A DNA stretch of 31,023 nucleotides from an uncultured virus (IMG/VR IMGVR_UViG_3300011725_000001) (IMGVR_UViG_3300011725_000001:62001-93023), one strand, 5' to 3'; positions 1 to 7,773 are shown, counted from the stretch's first letter. Program-made: numbers and translations. The notes: a model not told the origin generated them from the letters alone.

Positions 1-204
1 GTGACGCGTCCTGCCCTGGAGCATCTGCGCGTAACGCTCGACTTTGACGAAAACGCCGTGCTGGTGGCCATGAGCTATCTTGGCTACATGACGCAGAAGG
101 AATACGAAACCGGACGCGTGCGCCCGCCGTCCGTTTTACTGCAGGCATTCTGGTTGATTGTTGCAGCCGCTGCGCTTTACTGCGCGGTTCTCCTCGCAGG
201 TTAA
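1..204 (+). CDS. hypothetical protein, probably 5'-truncated, with hydrophobic C-terminal helix
   Basis: Open frame from the window edge; C-terminal VLLQAFWLIVAAAALYCAVLLAG; followed by a hairpin. Confidence 0.55.
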   Translation: MTRPALEHLRVTLDFDENAVLVAMSYLGYMTQKEYETGRVRPPSVLLQAFWLIVAAAALYCAVLLAG

Positions 205-213
205 ATTTATACC

Positions 214-236
214 AGGCAGGGGATCTCCCCCTGCCT
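214..236 (+). terminator. hairpin, possible terminator
   Basis: AGGCAGGGG-ATCTC-CCCCTGCCT 9-bp stem just after the stop codon; weak T-tract. Confidence 0.5.
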
Positions 237-260
237 CTTACAGTAACTCCCGCCAAAAAT

Positions 261-277
261 CACACGCAATTCTAAAA
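261..277 (+). promoter_or_regulatory. candidate C1-type operator upstream of pmgS
   Basis: CACACGCAATTCTAAAA matches the motif YACAYRYRWTTCTAAAW seen four times; adjacent to a possible promoter TAGACA(285-290)-16 bp-TAGAAT(307-312). Confidence 0.6.
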
Positions 278-346
278 CATTCTATAGACAGTGGTTAATT
301 TCACGTTAGAATCAGCCGCAAATTTACAGCGGATCTGAAACCAATC

Positions 347-1636
347 ATGACTTCTCAAAATGTTCTCAAGCAGCTGCAGAAACTCCCTGAATGCCCCGTT
401 GACGATGAAGTACTTCACCAGACGTTTGTAACGGCCTATGGCCAGCTGAGTTCTATGCGCAAACGCCTGAAACTCGACGATCTTGAAAAGCGCCTGCTGG
501 ACAACTGCCTGTCTGCGCTGGAGCAGGTGCAGATTGATATCAACCTGCGCCTTAACCACGAAGCTGATACCTATAACGTGCTGGCAGATGCGCTGGAGCA
601 CGTCCAGCAGGAGCTGGACGGCCATTCCGTGCTGGCCGCAGAGATAGCTCAGATTCGCCTTGAGGCGAAGAACGCCGCTGATGAAGCCATTCAGGAAGCC
701 CGTATTCGTGAAGGTGAGGCCGAAAATCGCGCTATCAATGCTGAAAACGCCCGTGATCGCAACGCAGATGCGCTGGTTACCGCTCAGCTGGCGCTGACCA
801 CTCTGAATCAGGAATTTACACACTACCGCCGCAAGAATCCTGAACGCCTGGCGTCGGATCTGCAGGAGCGCGACAAAACCATTTCTCAGCACCGCGCCGA
901 CCGAAAAAAGCAGAGCGCACTGATACAGGAACTGCAGCAGAAGCTGAATATTGCAGATAAAGAAGTGGGTAAAGAGCGTCGCCTGCGAGGTGAGACGGCC
1001 AACGATCTCATTAAACTCACTGCCTCGCACAATCATTTGAAAGAGCGCGTGGAGTTTCACGACGGGCAGGAAGATGTGGCGCAATTCCTGCTGCAGCTGC
1101 CGGACGGCAGCGGTGACGTGGGCTGCTATATCTATAACTTCCACTTCGGGCTTAGCGTGTTTCACGGCATCCGTGACGTGTCCATTGAGACGGCAAATTT
1201 CCACTACCAGATCCGCACGGCGATGATGCTGGCAATGGACGTGGTGCCGGGTATATGGGGCAATCCGGTGTTCCGCATCCTGCCTGATTTACTCCCTATG
1301 TGGGACACGGCCATCAACGACGAACTGCATGAGCGCATCATGACCCGCCTGGCGCTGGACTTCCCACGACTCCACAAGCGCATCATGGACGGTAAGGCCG
1401 CGCCGGTCTCCGAGCTCGCTATCCCGGCGCGTGCGCTTAACGCGCTGGTAAAAGCCGGTTATGACACGGTGGCGGCTGTGGGCGGTGAGCTACCGCCGGA
1501 ACTGGTGAAGGTCAAAGGGCTAAGCGAGGCCACGGTAGACGAGATCCGCGCTGCTGTTAACAGCTGGTGCATTGCCTGGTCAAAAACCAATGGCGACATT
1601 GAAAACCTCAAAAACCCAAATACCAGACGTCGTTAA
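347..1636 (+). CDS. pmgS: P1 PmgS-like protein (coiled coil with C-terminal HhH/alpha-CTD-like domain)
   Basis: 429 aa; N-terminal DDLEKRLLDN...NHEADTYNVLADA and C-terminal AWSKTNG resemble recalled P1 PmgS; position upstream of lpa fits. Confidence 0.75.
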   Translation: MTSQNVLKQLQKLPECPVDDEVLHQTFVTAYGQLSSMRKRLKLDDLEKRLLDNCLSALEQVQIDINLRLNHEADTYNVLADALEHVQQELDGHSVLAAEIAQIRLEAKNAADEAIQEARIREGEAENRAINAENARDRNADALVTAQLALTTLNQEFTHYRRKNPERLASDLQERDKTISQHRADRKKQSALIQELQQKLNIADKEVGKERRLRGETANDLIKLTASHNHLKERVEFHDGQEDVAQFLLQLPDGSGDVGCYIYNFHFGLSVFHGIRDVSIETANFHYQIRTAMMLAMDVVPGIWGNPVFRILPDLLPMWDTAINDELHERIMTRLALDFPRLHKRIMDGKAAPVSELAIPARALNALVKAGYDTVAAVGGELPPELVKVKGLSEATVDEIRAAVNSWCIAWSKTNGDIENLKNPNTRRR

Positions 1637-1661
1637 GGGCCAAAAAGCTGCCTGAAATAAA

Positions 1662-1678
1662 CACATACATTTCTAAAA
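1662..1678 (+). promoter_or_regulatory. candidate C1-type operator
   Basis: CACATACATTTCTAAAA, just upstream of the promoter at 1696. Confidence 0.6.
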
Positions 1679-1695
1679 TACAGAGCCATTTTTAA

Positions 1696-1724
1696 TTGAT
1701 TTTTTCCGTATTTTTGTGTACATT
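1696..1724 (+). promoter_or_regulatory. sigma70-type promoter for the ncRNA array
   Basis: TTGATT(1696-1701)-17 bp-TACATT(1719-1724). Confidence 0.55.
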
Positions 1725-1860
1725 TCTTCTCGCTGTAACATCGTGTCTTTAAAAATTTAGTGCAATCAGGCTGGACGGTAACATTTTGTTTAGCCTGTCT
1801 TTTTCCCCTCTCTAAAGCGCATTTTGTGAGTGCGCTTTATATTGGTTGGTAACATTTAAT

Positions 1861-1886
1861 GCCCGATAGTTTTCGGGCTTTTTTTT
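1861..1886 (+). terminator. Rho-independent terminator
   Basis: GCCCGA-TAGTTT-TCGGGC followed by T8. Confidence 0.75.
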
Positions 1887-2061
1887 CAGGTTTAACCGTG
1901 AGCGCATGAGGTGTGCTCACGGCTAAATCGGAGAGAGGATTCAGCAGCGAGGCAGACGCAATGCAAATCTGGCAGGGGTGGTTCTTCCCTTTTGTTTCGC
2001 AAGCGGACAGGTTGACCAGACGCCTAAGTGTCCGCGCCGGGTATGCACCGGCACTAATTCA

Positions 2062-2134
2062 GCATGGGTAGCGAAGAGGCCGAACGCAGAAGTTGTTAAG
2101 TCCGCCGCCGGTTCAAATCCGGCCCCATGCACCA
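2062..2134 (+). tRNA. tRNA-like RNA / pseudo-tRNA with shrunken, poorly paired anticodon arm
   Basis: Acceptor GCATGGG/CCCATGC, D-arm GCG...CGC, T-arm GCCGG-TTCAAAT-CCGGC, ends ACCA; only 19 nt between the D and T arms. Confidence 0.75.
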
Positions 2135-2306
2135 GTTCGTAACAGGCCGCCCCCGGTAGTCTCCAGATTTTCCGGGTGTGTTATGAGTAGGGTGAACGGC
2201 ATGTAGCCCCTCCTGTCACGGCAGTGAACGCGGTTTTGGACTATCCCGCGCATAGAACGCCCCGTGAGGCTTAAACAAGTTCCCGCCTGATCCCCGTAAG
2301 GGATCG

Positions 2307-2383
2307 CCATTTGTGAGCGTGCTGGCATCCTCTTGCTGCCTGGCGACGGGTGTAACTACCTCTGACAGCACGCTCACAAATGG
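2307..2383 (+). repeat. perfect 18-bp inverted repeat (long RNA stem)
   Basis: CCATTTGTGAGCGTGCTG (2307-2324) / CAGCACGCTCACAAATGG (2366-2383). Confidence 0.85.
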
Positions 2384-2496
2384 GGGAATGCGGCTATGCG
2401 CACGCGGGGCGGAACTCAGATATATACTCTTGGTAACTGTTCAATATCCCCGTCCGTAGGTTCCGTATCGGACAGCTGGAGGCACCAGCCCCCCAT
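2380..2496 (+). ncRNA. tRNA-shaped structured RNA
   Basis: Closing stem ATGGGGG/CCCCCAT, 5' hairpin GCGG-CTATGCG-CACGC, two internal stems, 3' hairpin GCTGG-AGGCA-CCAGC stacked on the closing stem. Confidence 0.6.
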
Positions 2497-2609
2497 GCAT
2501 TACACGCCAACACCGGGCGACGCGCTGCTTACTGGCTAATTTGGCTGCTGGCAGGGCAAGGTCAGCGGCAGACCTCAAAAAAGTTCGTGACAGCCGGGAA
2601 AGACCGGCA

Positions 2610-2688
2610 CACAACGGTGAGAGCACTGGGCGGAGACTGGTAAAGGCTCCGTTATCCGGGCAGGGAGTCAGTGCTCTCAGCCGTTGTG
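2610..2688 (+). repeat. 19-bp stem with one bulge (RNase III-type substrate candidate)
   Basis: CACAACGG-TGAGAGCACTG / CAGTGCTCTCA-G-CCGTTGTG; related stems at 3137-3177 and 3539-3577. Confidence 0.75.
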
Positions 2689-2857
2689 GTGATTGCTTTA
2701 ACACACCGTAGGAGTTGTGGAGTCAATCCACGGGGCGAAAGCCCTGCCGGCGAATCGACGCCGGCGGTCAGCGATGGGCTGCGAAGGCAAAGCGGGTATC
2801 ACTCCCGCCTCATTGAACAATCGCGCTAACGGAAACCGATCACAGCAACGCGTTTAT

Positions 2858-2941
2858 GGTGATGTAGCTCAGGGGAATGAGCGTCCGGCTTTAACTCAGG
2901 AGTACGGAAGGTCGCTGGTTCAAATCCAGCCGTCACTGCCA
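2858..2941 (+). tRNA. tRNA-like RNA with expanded anticodon arm (84 nt); isotype not assignable
   Basis: Acceptor GGTGATG/CGTCACT, TA-GCTC...GAGC D-arm, TCCG...CGGA enclosing 17 nt, AGGTC variable loop, GCTGG-TTCAAAT-CCAGC, ends GCCA. Confidence 0.8.
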
Positions 2942-3176
2942 GTTTCAGTACAGACCAGTTGCATTGGAGACAGCATCCCTAACAGACAGGACACGATATG
3001 CCGTTTTTAGCGTTTGCTGCAGAGCATCCAGGCCTCACCATCATTTACACGCTGGTGATCATTTACGGCTTTGAAACGGTTATTAAAGCCTGTCGCAGCG
3101 ACGCGAAGAAAAAGCGCCGCAAATAGCACGACACCCCAACAGGAAAGCGCATTAGCCGCTCAGTGCTCTCTCCGTT

Positions 3177-3317
3177 GTGGTGCATTCGCAGTTGCTGCTG
3201 CGATCGCAAGACTGGCCCCCGCTTCATCAATCGCACCGCATAGGGGTTTAAGCCGCCAGTAACCGAGTTGACCAGTCGCTTGAGAGGTTACTTGCCGGGT
3301 ATGGCACCGGCCACCAC
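3177..3317 (+). ncRNA. tRNA-shaped structured RNA
   Basis: GTGGTG/CACCAC closing stem, TCGCAG/CTGCGA 5' hairpin, large internal stems, GCCGG-GTATGGCA-CCGGC 3' hairpin. Confidence 0.6.
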
Positions 3318-3366
3318 TAACGCATAACAGATACGCACGCATAAGCGCTGACATGAAAATTCAGGC

Positions 3367-3531
3367 ATGATTAAAGCAATTCAGTCAGTTAATCAGGGTT
3401 TAAGCAGTATGGACACCAGCATGTACACCAAAACAGTCAGAGCGATGCAGTTTGTCATGTTTCATCTGCTGCTGAATGCCGGACTGTTTGCCGGTCATAA
3501 ATGGCTAATCGCACAGCTGGTGGCCAGCTGA
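3367..3531 (+). CDS. possible small hydrophobic protein (54 aa)
   Basis: Hand-translated MIKAIQSVNQ...FVMFHLLLNAGLFAGHKWLIAQLVAS; fills the gap between two RNA elements. Confidence 0.35.
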   Translation: MIKAIQSVNQGLSSMDTSMYTKTVRAMQFVMFHLLLNAGLFAGHKWLIAQLVAS

Positions 3532-3575
3532 TACAGGCCAACAGGTAAGAGCACCGGCAGACGGGCTTTTATCGT

Positions 3576-3676
3576 TGTGTTGAAGCTCAGCGGCAGCAGC
3601 GTTCGCTCTTTTATTCGGCCTGCAGGGCGGTGAAAGGGACAAGCGAAAGGTCGCCAGTTCATATCCGGCCAGCACA
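3576..3676 (+). ncRNA. tRNA-like RNA with a long hairpin replacing the anticodon arm
   Basis: Acceptor TGTGTTG/CAGCACA, D-like AAGCTCAGCGGCAGCAGC, TTCGCT...AGCGAA extended stem, AGGTC, GCCAG-TTCATAT-CCGGC; no encoded CCA. Confidence 0.6.
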
Positions 3677-3817
3677 ATGCCTACATAGCCACCCGGCCAG
3701 TCGCCGGGACAGGCCTCAGAACATCCCCGTGCGCACCCGGCGCCGGAATTAATCAGGTGAATTTTAATCACCGGCAATCGCCGGGGATTCTGCACGCCTG
3801 CACGACAGAGAGAGAGC

Positions 3818-4069
3818 ATGAAAAAGATCGCACTGATGGGCGCATTAATGGGAAGTCTCACCTGGCTGGCGCGCCGGCCGCCAACCGTTCCCGTGCTGCA
3901 GGTCAGGTCGCTGCAGCTGCCGGACCGCCCACAGCTGACCGCCGAGGACGGAATACAGCGTCTGGCCACCAGCATGGAAGAAGCGCATCAGCACCGCGAA
4001 CGTGAACGGCAGACCGCGCAGAAGCGCAGGCAGAGCGCCCACAAGCGCAAAATCAAACGGGGTTACTAA
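3818..4069 (+). CDS. hypothetical protein (basic C-terminus)
   Basis: 83 aa, GAGAG upstream, stop 2 nt before the next ATG. Confidence 0.6.
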   Translation: MKKIALMGALMGSLTWLARRPPTVPVLQVRSLQLPDRPQLTAEDGIQRLATSMEEAHQHRERERQTAQKRRQSAHKRKIKRGY

Positions 4070-4071
4070 GG

Positions 4072-4650
4072 ATGAACGATCAACAAATAAACGGAATGGT
4101 TGGCATGATTGCCGGCGCTGCAGGCAACTATACCGGTGACTATATGGCGCTGCTGAACGTTCTGGAGCACCTGGGCTTTGTGGTAACGCACCAGTCACAG
4201 ACCGCAACAGACTGGTCAGCCACGGTGAGCAAAGGCGCACTGACCATGACCGCCCGCGGGGAATCGCTTAATCATGCTGCCTGTCTGGCCATGCTGAAGC
4301 TGAACGATCTGATCCTGCGCAACGAGCAGCTGATAGACGAGGGCATGCTGAAATTCAGGGAAGAGGGCGCGCCGATAGCCGTCGCGCATGTGTGGCTCTC
4401 TGACGGCGCAAAAGTGGCACGTAAAGCGTGGGGAGAGGGAACACATCTGCGCCTCAACAGAGGCACCACACGGCACCCGCTAAACGGCACCGATATGTAC
4501 GGCGTGCCGGCGCGATTCTTTGACCACGATCCGCAGGCGTCCGTAACGCGTATGCCTCAGTTCGTTCTGACCAATACTGAGCAGCTGACAACGGCTGACT
4601 GGACGCCCGTAACCGCCGATCTGCTGGCAAGCGACTGGAGACTGATTTAG
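4072..4650 (+). CDS. phage ABA-sandwich-like domain fused to a DUF2829/Tad2-like domain
   Basis: C-terminal GAKVARKAW...WTPVTADLLASDW fits the DUF2829 pattern; N-terminal YTGD...WSA...ARGESLNHAACLAMLK fits the ABA-sandwich pattern. Confidence 0.7.
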   Translation: MNDQQINGMVGMIAGAAGNYTGDYMALLNVLEHLGFVVTHQSQTATDWSATVSKGALTMTARGESLNHAACLAMLKLNDLILRNEQLIDEGMLKFREEGAPIAVAHVWLSDGAKVARKAWGEGTHLRLNRGTTRHPLNGTDMYGVPARFFDHDPQASVTRMPQFVLTNTEQLTTADWTPVTADLLASDWRLI

Positions 4651-4826
4651 TGGAAACGCTAATACTTAAAGGGCTGGAACTGCTGGGCTGGCGTACGGAT
4701 CACTGCAAAGTCACATCGGTGGCATGCCGCAATAAGTCACTGTCTACAGGTGAGAAGCAGTCAGCAATGCTGGTGGAGGGGACCGTTGTGTTTGAGCTCA
4801 GGAATCTGAGTGGTGCGAAGTGTTAG
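4650..4826 (+). CDS. small hypothetical protein (58 aa), possibly truncated by the cassette
   Basis: GTG start overlaps the previous TAG; open to TAG at 4824-4826. Confidence 0.4.
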   Translation: METLILKGLELLGWRTDHCKVTSVACRNKSLSTGEKQSAMLVEGTVVFELRNLSGAKC

Positions 4827-5209
4827 CCAGTTGCATGCGTTCAATTCTTCAGGCTTGAAAAAATGAATGGTCCGCTATGAGCGAGGAGCGGAAGTTCAGT
4901 GTTACTAAGTAATCAATCCATTTTCAGTCACTGCCTAAACGGATTGATAGTATTAAGTTGCATCAACCCATTATCTTTCTACGAATTTTTACCTTTGGCT
5001 GCATCGACTTCGACATCCCTGTTAGCTTTATCAAAGATAAATTTTTCTCATTGGAAGAGGGCGTGACTATTCTTCTAATTTCTTAAAAAACATACAGTTG
5101 TGTTTTTTTTAGGTGTTTAGTTCATTAATTATTTAACTTTAAATTTAGATTTTTGTAATATTCTACAGTCCAATAAACCTGATCAAAACTAATCATAAGG
5201 AACTTCATC

Positions 5210-5923
5210 TTGGCTGAAGACACCCATGCTCCTCGTCAACCTATACAAGACCTCCTCGGCGCGTTACACGATAAGTTTGGTCACAACTTAAAAGAAGCTG
5301 TTGATGTTTCAACGGCACCTCTTTTAGAAGAGATAGATCTTAATTCCAGAATAATTGGTGCCTTTCAAGCTGCACTTATTAAAGAATACAAAGAAGACGC
5401 TCATAAAACAGGATGTGCTGAAATACTTGATGAGGTTTTCAGTGACTTTGCAATTGCAATGTACCTTAATTCAATCGGCCTTATTGTTCCGGCGCGAATG
5501 TCTACAAGGAGAGCGTTTGAGCTTGGACTTTCTGTCGTATACATGTGGGATATGCCACAGGAATACTGGGGTTGGAAAAAATGCGATCAAGATTTAAGTT
5601 TCTCTGCAATGGTTTCACACTTGAATTCTTTAGGTTATTGCGAATATATGCAGCAATTAAGCAAAGGGTCGCGAAATTCATGCTTTTGCGATCAAACAAC
5701 TTTTCAAAGGCTTTATAGAATTCTTAGTAATACTGTTCACGGTAAATTTGCCGATCTACCGGCATTGGCACCGGAGCGATTTTCAACAATTTCAAATGGA
5801 CTATTAGATCATCTACAGCTAATCGTCGAGACTCAGAAAGCTGTTATATCTTTACTTTTTGGCCGTTTCTCCGAGCTTGAGCAAAAAATTTGCACTATAT
5901 TTCCTCAAATCAAAAGGAATTAA
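5210..5923 (+). CDS. HEPN-like helical protein (putative RNase effector)
   Basis: TTG start after TAAGG; motifs RRAFE and LYRILSNTVHG fit the R..E / Y..LS..VH pattern of divergent HEPN families. Confidence 0.6.
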   Translation: MAEDTHAPRQPIQDLLGALHDKFGHNLKEAVDVSTAPLLEEIDLNSRIIGAFQAALIKEYKEDAHKTGCAEILDEVFSDFAIAMYLNSIGLIVPARMSTRRAFELGLSVVYMWDMPQEYWGWKKCDQDLSFSAMVSHLNSLGYCEYMQQLSKGSRNSCFCDQTTFQRLYRILSNTVHGKFADLPALAPERFSTISNGLLDHLQLIVETQKAVISLLFGRFSELEQKICTIFPQIKRN

Positions 5924-5927
5924 ATGT

Positions 5928-7688
5928 ATGATCATACAAACCACAACATCAAACCTGAGCGGAGAAGATCTCCTGCAAACAGCAAGATGTGAAGACTTGT
6001 TATACGACCAAATAAAGATGGTATCAGTATTAGGTGATTTTGAAAGGCGCATTATTGACTCGTTGAAAGGGAGTGGTGCCAACCTGCTTGAAGGTGCCCG
6101 AGGTGTTGGAAAATCTATGCTACTCCGCATGGCGGAAATTGAGTTAGACAAAGAATTTCCTGCAGATAAAAAACTTGGAGTCTATGTAAATTTCAAAACC
6201 AGTACTTTACTTGAAGGTGTTAAGGCTGATGAACGTGATGCTTTTCAGATTTGGGTTAATATAAAAATTTTAGAAGCCTTGCACGAAAAAATGCTTACAT
6301 TAAATCTAATTGCAAAAACTGGAGTAGCTGACCCATATCAGCGAGTTTTTGGGGTATCTTCCGTACTCGAAACAAAAGCAATGCTTGAAGAGAAAATCCA
6401 TTTGCTTCAAAAGTTGGCTTTTAGTAGAAATTCACATGCCGAAATTCTTGACCAAATAGGTGAAGATTTTCTAGCAAAAGCCCAAGACACCAGCTTTTTG
6501 GTGAATATAATAAAAGATATAGCGAATTTATTTTCACTTAAAAAAATAATTTTCTTTTTTGACGAGGCAGCTCATACTTTCATTCCTACCCAACAAAATA
6601 TTTTCTTCGAAATATTCAAGCTGTTGCACGGAGGTATGGTTGCCTGCAAAGCAGCAGTTTATCCAACAGTAACTAATTACGGTCGCAATTTTGAAGTTGG
6701 TCAAGATGCAATAGTTTTACCAGCAGTTAGATTCGATCCTGGTGAGTCTGGGCGTCGTGAGAATCGATTGCATTTTCGCTCGATTCTTGATAAGCGCTTA
6801 CCGAAGACAAGCAATTTAAGGAAAAAAATGTTCACAAGGGGCGCGGAGCTTGATCTTTGTATTGATCTCTCAAACGGTAACCCGAGAGCACTCCTACATA
6901 TATTGAATAGCGCGTTATCCAGTAATGCTTCACTATCAGAACGCTCAGTGGGATTAGCAGTCCAGAACTATGTTGATCAGGCATTAATTCCATATCATCA
7001 AAGTCTTTCCAAAAGACTTCCTAAGTACTCATCACATATTAGAGTTGGACTAGATTTATTGAGAGGTTATATCATTCCAGAAGTAAGGACAAAGAATCAC
7101 AGGAAGACAAAGAGTGAGTATCAGTCGGTGTTTTTTACACTGCAACGTGATATGTCGCCTAATTTAAAACTTTCTTTAGATATTCTAAGCTATTCAGGTA
7201 TGGTATCTCAACTTGGAACTGTTAAAATAGCTAACGGAACAGGGCCTCGATATATGATTAACCTAGCTATGATGGCTACTGAAAAAGGATTTGACACTCC
7301 AAAAACTTCAGATGCTATAGCTAGATTAAGCCTTACTGATTACCGTGAATTCTCATCGTCAGATACACAGATAAAAACTTATCTGGATTCACTCTTATTG
7401 CCGACTGAGACCTGTTCACAATGTAATGCTCCACTTCAGCAAAATGCGAAATTTTGTAGTGAATGTGGGAATAAAATTACTGAAGTTTCCATAGTTAGTA
7501 CTTTGCTTGAAGAGTCTATTAGTGAGTTATCAATAAGCGAACGATTGAAAGAAAGAATTCGACCAAAATTTTCCACTGTTGGATCGATAGTTCAAGCAAA
7601 GAGAGATGAACTTATGGCAATCTCTTATATTAAGGATGTTCGTTCAAGGATCATAAAGAATGCAGCTGATGAATTCATTTCCGGCTAA
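5928..7688 (+). CDS. ORC/CDC6- or STAND-like P-loop ATPase with C-terminal zinc ribbon and HhH (alpha-CTD-like) domain
   Basis: Walker A GARGVGKS, Walker B FFFDE, SNGNPR helix, CSQC...CSEC, terminal SISELSISERL...ELMAISYI; ATG 4 nt after the upstream stop. Confidence 0.8.
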   Translation: MIIQTTTSNLSGEDLLQTARCEDLLYDQIKMVSVLGDFERRIIDSLKGSGANLLEGARGVGKSMLLRMAEIELDKEFPADKKLGVYVNFKTSTLLEGVKADERDAFQIWVNIKILEALHEKMLTLNLIAKTGVADPYQRVFGVSSVLETKAMLEEKIHLLQKLAFSRNSHAEILDQIGEDFLAKAQDTSFLVNIIKDIANLFSLKKIIFFFDEAAHTFIPTQQNIFFEIFKLLHGGMVACKAAVYPTVTNYGRNFEVGQDAIVLPAVRFDPGESGRRENRLHFRSILDKRLPKTSNLRKKMFTRGAELDLCIDLSNGNPRALLHILNSALSSNASLSERSVGLAVQNYVDQALIPYHQSLSKRLPKYSSHIRVGLDLLRGYIIPEVRTKNHRKTKSEYQSVFFTLQRDMSPNLKLSLDILSYSGMVSQLGTVKIANGTGPRYMINLAMMATEKGFDTPKTSDAIARLSLTDYREFSSSDTQIKTYLDSLLLPTETCSQCNAPLQQNAKFCSECGNKITEVSIVSTLLEESISELSISERLKERIRPKFSTVGSIVQAKRDELMAISYIKDVRSRIIKNAADEFISG

Positions 7689-7773
7689 GAAAATACCTAT
7701 ATTAGCTCGGGTTATTTCATGTAAAAATAGCTTATTTGTGTTTGATTTATTATATTAAACACAAGGAATTATA

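Noticed and set aside
2700..2790. Hammerhead ribozyme suggested by GAAA-capped stems
   Set aside because: No CTGANGA core found
2884..2900. Ochre-suppressor reading (anticodon TTA in TCCGG-CTTTAAC-TCAGG)
   Set aside because: Needs a mismatch and two G-U pairs and leaves an unstructured 13-nt variable region; TCCG/CGGA pairing fits the tRNA frame better
1941..3354. Short ORFs listed in the track across the RNA array
   Set aside because: No RBS or recognisable motifs; they overlap clear RNA structures
1740..3700. CRISPR array or retron msr-msd as the explanation of the structured region
   Set aside because: The repeats are degenerate and irregularly spaced, and there is no cas or reverse transcriptase gene in the window
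5859..5927. Upstream start of the ATPase ORF given in the track
   Set aside because: It overlaps the previous gene; the ATG at 5928 directly after the stop with AAGGA upstream is more plausible
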